A DNA stretch of 58,171 bases, from positions 1-58,171 of the forward strand of contig WGCQ01000014.1 of assembly GCA_015493765.1 (NCBI GenBank). The letters run 5' to 3'. Source of the DNA: Deltaproteobacteria bacterium. Its GTDB lineage: Bacteria > Myxococcota_A > UBA9042 > DTJE01 > S145-11. Below, piece after piece: positions 54,819 through 58,171 of this stretch; position 1 is the stretch's first letter, and the number at the start of each line of letters is the position of its first letter. The translations under genes and the position numbers were made by a program. The notes under the pieces were generated by a model that saw only the letters and a list, made by a program, of their open reading frames with translations, was not told the DNA's origin and did not search any database.

Positions 54819-56402
54819 ATGACGAACAGATTTTATTTGCTGTTGGGACTGGCAGGCGCAATGGCATTCGCCATATTCGCATGCGGCACCCAGGAAAACG
54901 AACAAAACGCGGAAGGCGTGGCTGAAGGGGGCTATACATGCCAGCAATGCCACACGAACAAGGCGCTGCTGAAGGCCAGCCTGGAGGCTGAGCCAACGCA
55001 CCACAAGCCCAAGGGCGGGGGCGGCTGCGGGGGGTCCGTGTCCAGGTTTTCGGGTACGGACCCGATCTATGTGGACCCCGCGTTTTTGGATACCGTGCAC
55101 GGTCGCATGGGCTGCCAGGCCTGCCACGGCGGTGTGATGCCGGCAAAGGACCGCGATGAGGCGCACTCCGGGGATTTCCACAAGGACGTGGACCCAAACA
55201 AGGTGTGCTCGCAGTGCCACGAGGACATCACCAAAAATTTCCTGCACAACTTGCACACGAAATTCAACGGGCTTAAACCCAAGGACAAGGAATTCATCAA
55301 ACGTGCCACGGTACACGAGATGCGTGTGTCCGATGACGAGCAGTCAAAGGAATTCCTTGCAAAGGGGCTGGAACAGGGCGGCTGTGCGGAATGTCACCGT
55401 GCAACGTGCGGGTCGTGTCACATCACGCTGCCCGAGCCGTCGGGCGGCGGGTTTCCTGCAACGGGTCACATGTTTTCAAAACAGCCCAGCGATGTGTACA
55501 ACTGCACGGCATGTCACGGCGGCCGCAAGGGCAAGGAATACATGTTGTCCGGCTACAGCGCCACCGAGGTCAAGGACTCGGACGTGGTCAAGGGACTGGG
55601 TTTGAAAAACTACAAATTGAAACGGGACGTGCATTATCAGAAAGGCATGCATTGCTCCGATTGCCACAATGAGAACTGGATGCATGGTGCAGGCCCGGAC
55701 ATGGCCGGTTCCCTGCGGTACAACGATCCGAAACTGCCCAAGTGCCAGGACTGCCACGTGACCGGTCAGGAGGACAAGTTCTACGAACAGCGGATGCACG
55801 CCATGCATGCCAACCCGGATGGCCCTGCGCCGTACCTGCAATGCGAGGTGTGCCACGCCCAGATGTATCCGAATTGCCTGTCCTGTCACGTGTCGCCCAA
55901 GGGCGATGGCAGCGAGCCGCCACCGGACTACAAGTTTTATACCTTTAAAATTGCGAAGAACCCGTTGAAACTGGACTTCTACAAGACGCATTTCCCCGAG
56001 ATGGGCAAGGAAAGGCCCTATGACTACAGCCTGGTGAGGCGGCCCAGCGTGGTGCCGGATACCTTTGACGCGTACAGGCCCGGGGGACCGACCGTGCTGG
56101 GACACTACACGGATTACCCCACCTGGAAGTATGCAACGCCGCACACGATCGCACTGGACACGCCCCAGACCAAGGACGGGTGCAAGGGATGTCACGCAAG
56201 TTCGGGCGGCGGCAAACTGGCCAAGGATAAAAAGGTATTGTTCCTGACCAGCGATTACCTGGATGACCTGTTTACAAACGGCCTGGGCAAGGTAAAGGGT
56301 GGCCCGGGGGCTGCAAAGGCCGCAAAGTACTTGAAAAAGGAACTGGAGGCAAACAAACCGATCCTGATGGATGATTTCTTCAAGGAGGACAGTGGCAAAT
56401 AG
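54819..56402 (+). CDS. Multihaem c-type cytochrome lipoprotein, 11 CxxCH motifs
   Basis: The ATG at 54819 follows a GGAGG SD and gives MTNRFYLLLGLAGAMAFAIFACG, which has a lipobox. I counted 11 CxxCH motifs. Confidence 0.88.
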   Translation: MTNRFYLLLGLAGAMAFAIFACGTQENEQNAEGVAEGGYTCQQCHTNKALLKASLEAEPTHHKPKGGGGCGGSVSRFSGTDPIYVDPAFLDTVHGRMGCQACHGGVMPAKDRDEAHSGDFHKDVDPNKVCSQCHEDITKNFLHNLHTKFNGLKPKDKEFIKRATVHEMRVSDDEQSKEFLAKGLEQGGCAECHRATCGSCHITLPEPSGGGFPATGHMFSKQPSDVYNCTACHGGRKGKEYMLSGYSATEVKDSDVVKGLGLKNYKLKRDVHYQKGMHCSDCHNENWMHGAGPDMAGSLRYNDPKLPKCQDCHVTGQEDKFYEQRMHAMHANPDGPAPYLQCEVCHAQMYPNCLSCHVSPKGDGSEPPPDYKFYTFKIAKNPLKLDFYKTHFPEMGKERPYDYSLVRRPSVVPDTFDAYRPGGPTVLGHYTDYPTWKYATPHTIALDTPQTKDGCKGCHASSGGGKLAKDKKVLFLTSDYLDDLFTNGLGKVKGGPGAAKAAKYLKKELEANKPILMDDFFKEDSGK

Positions 56403-56456
56403 GAGACCACGGGCGGTGGGCCCGATTTGTTTAACCCCTTTGTTTGGGAGGTATCC

Positions 56457-57443
56457 ATGAAACGTAAATCTTTTCTTATGATGCTGGTACTGGGCGTGTT
56501 TGCGTTTGCCTGTTCCAGCGGCAGCAACAGCACAAGCAAGGCTGCCAACCGGTTCGAGGAGGTGAGGGCCCATGCGGCCCAGTGGCTGGCCGGGCTGGAG
56601 CACCCGGTGATCACCGCGGACCAGGTCAAGGCGATCACCGACGACCCGAACAAGGCGAAAAACTACCAGATTATCAGCGTGCGTGCGCCGGATGACTACG
56701 CCAAGGGGCATGTCAAGGGTGCGATCAACATCCCGTACAAGACCATTGCGTCCGATGCGGCCCTGGCCAAGGTGGACAAGTCAAAGAAGATCATCACGTA
56801 CTGCTATACCGGGCATACCGGGCAGATAGCCATGGTGACCCTGGGGCTGCTGGGCTACGATTCGATCAACATGAAATACGGGATGATGGGCTGGACGGAT
56901 GACCAGAGTGTGCTAAACCAGAACGTGTTCGCGTGTAACCCGCCGAATTACCCCACGGAAACCAAGCAAAACAAGCCGAGCGGCAAGTTTGATCCCCCGC
57001 CGATCCTGGCGAATGCGGACGAGCCCTTGGAAAAGGTGATCCAGACCCGGTTGAACGAGTACCTGTCCCACCTGGAGCACCCGGTGATCACCGCGGACCA
57101 GGTCAAGGCGATCATCGACGACCCGAACAAGGCGAAAAACTACCAGATCGTCAGTGTGCGTGCGCCGGATGACTATGCAAAGGGGCATGTCAAGGGCGCA
57201 ATCAACATTCCCTGGAACAAGATTGCCGACCCTGAAAACCTGGCCAAACTGGACCCGGGCAAAAAGATCATAACGTACTGCTATACCGGTCATACAGGCA
57301 TGATAGCCGCCATGATTCTGAACCTCCTGGGTTACGATGCCGTGGACATGAAATACGGGATGATGGGCTGGACGGATGACCAGGGCGTGCTGAACCAGAA
57401 CGTGTTCGCGTGCAACCCACCGGATTATTCCACGGAAAAATAG
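56457..57443 (+). CDS. Lipoprotein with two tandem rhodanese (sulfurtransferase) domains
   Basis: The ATG at 56457 gives MKRKSFLMMLVLGVFAFACSSG, which has a lipobox. Two ~159-aa halves each carry the active-site loop CYTGHTG. The halves are near-identical at the DNA level. Confidence 0.85.
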   Translation: MKRKSFLMMLVLGVFAFACSSGSNSTSKAANRFEEVRAHAAQWLAGLEHPVITADQVKAITDDPNKAKNYQIISVRAPDDYAKGHVKGAINIPYKTIASDAALAKVDKSKKIITYCYTGHTGQIAMVTLGLLGYDSINMKYGMMGWTDDQSVLNQNVFACNPPNYPTETKQNKPSGKFDPPPILANADEPLEKVIQTRLNEYLSHLEHPVITADQVKAIIDDPNKAKNYQIVSVRAPDDYAKGHVKGAINIPWNKIADPENLAKLDPGKKIITYCYTGHTGMIAAMILNLLGYDAVDMKYGMMGWTDDQGVLNQNVFACNPPDYSTEK

Positions 57444-57580
57444 TAAGTTATGATTTTCCCACAAACCTCCTTTCCCTGGTTAATCGGTTAGTTAATCGAT
57501 ATTTCCGACTAAATATCAGAAAAAGTGAAAAAAAATCCGATTTCTTTCGATTGTTATATCAGGAACCTGTGGAGGTGAAC

Positions 57581-57814
57581 ATGGAAAAGTTCGTGGCAGT
57601 CAATCAGGTGGGGGATATGCTGGTGATACACATGGACGATCCTGCCCAACCCGTGATCCGGGAGCGCTTGCAAATGCTGCTGATGTCCGATGTGGACCCT
57701 CAATCCCTGGTGGTATTCGATGGGGAGCGCTACACCGTGTATCCCGGGCCGAAGGATGAAACTACGCATGTCCCCGGTGCCGCCTGGGCCGTGCCCATGA
57801 GTTTCATGCTGTAG
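57581..57814 (+). CDS. Small hypothetical protein (77 aa)
   Basis: The ATG at 57581 follows a GGAGG SD. I recognise no domain. The ORF-track start at 57410 lies in an AT-rich leader. Confidence 0.4.
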   Translation: MEKFVAVNQVGDMLVIHMDDPAQPVIRERLQMLLMSDVDPQSLVVFDGERYTVYPGPKDETTHVPGAAWAVPMSFML

Positions 57815-57816
57815 GC

Positions 57817-58060
57817 TGTGGCCGGTGGCCGTGGGCCGGTGACCGTGGGCCGGTGACCGTTGGCCGTGGCCGTGACCGTGGGTTTCCGGTTGCAACGGAA
57901 GCCTTCCTGAAGGCCCGCAGGGCCGTCCCGCGCAGCCGAAGGCTGCGTCCCGATGCCCGATGCCAGATACCCGAGACCGTGGCCGAGACCGTTGGCCGTG
58001 GCCGTTACCGTGTGATTCCGGTCAAAACGAAAGCCGTGGAGCGCAGGCGGCGCCTCGACC
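57817..58060 (+). repeat. GC-rich mosaic repeat C4 (hexamer tracts, one core, conserved tail)
   Basis: It has the same architecture and tail (GTGATTCCGGTCAAAACGAAAGCCGTGGAGCGCAGGCGGC) as C1. Confidence 0.8.
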
Positions 58061-58171
58061 CGCAAATCAGGCTTTACAACTGCGGCCTCTTTTGTCAGAA
58101 TGCGTGCGGAGGCTGGCAATGGCAAAGGAACGAACATCAATACGCCAGATGCGGCGGATTCGTAATATTGG

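Noticed and set aside
55476-56711. 411-aa ORF antisense to the 11-haem cytochrome and rhodanese genes. The ORFs at 51131-52105, 52624-53421 and 53370-54101 are similar cases.
   Set aside because: The sense strands carry dense CxxCH motifs, lipoboxes and SD sites. The antisense ORFs are compositional artefacts.

Overview
The window looks like a chromosomal segment from a moderately GC-rich Gram-negative bacterium. A Myxococcota/Deltaproteobacteria-like origin is my inference only, from MopE-type Cys-rich repeats, an AgmX/PglI-like C-terminal domain, PEGA and lamin-tail domains, and multihaem cytochromes. Most of it is ordinary core content: sdhCDAB, leuS, icd, mdh, rodZ-recO, mreBCD-mrdA-rodA, and a MoxR/DUF58/BatA-E aerotolerance-type operon. 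The stand-out is at the left end (538-7738). It is a visibly AT-rich, translationally coupled three-gene cassette: an HKD(PLD)-nuclease::SNF2 helicase fusion, a 1134-aa type IIG/Eco57I-like N6-adenine methyltransferase with a C-terminal specificity domain, and a small DprA/Smf-like (SLOG-fold) protein. Inverted copies of a dispersed AT-rich repeat bracket it, and it has no integrase or transposase. I read it as a candidate compact ATP-dependent restriction/defence system, DISARM-like or split type ISP-like but lacking their other hallmark genes. Second-tier observations are a porin-cytochrome type cluster (lipoprotein cytochrome, beta-barrel, 13-haem cytochrome) placed divergently to an 11-haem cytochrome plus a tandem-rhodanese lipoprotein, and a 1541-aa membrane protein carrying a long array of Cys-bracketed Sel1-like repeats. 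There are also three non-coding repeat families: AT-rich A/B elements upstream of operons, GC-rich mosaic elements built from GRCCGT hexamer tracts plus hairpin cores, and a short CCAAATTACCTG hairpin motif. I recognised no rRNA, tRNA, CRISPR array, transposase or integrase. All domain calls come from motif reading by eye, not database searches.
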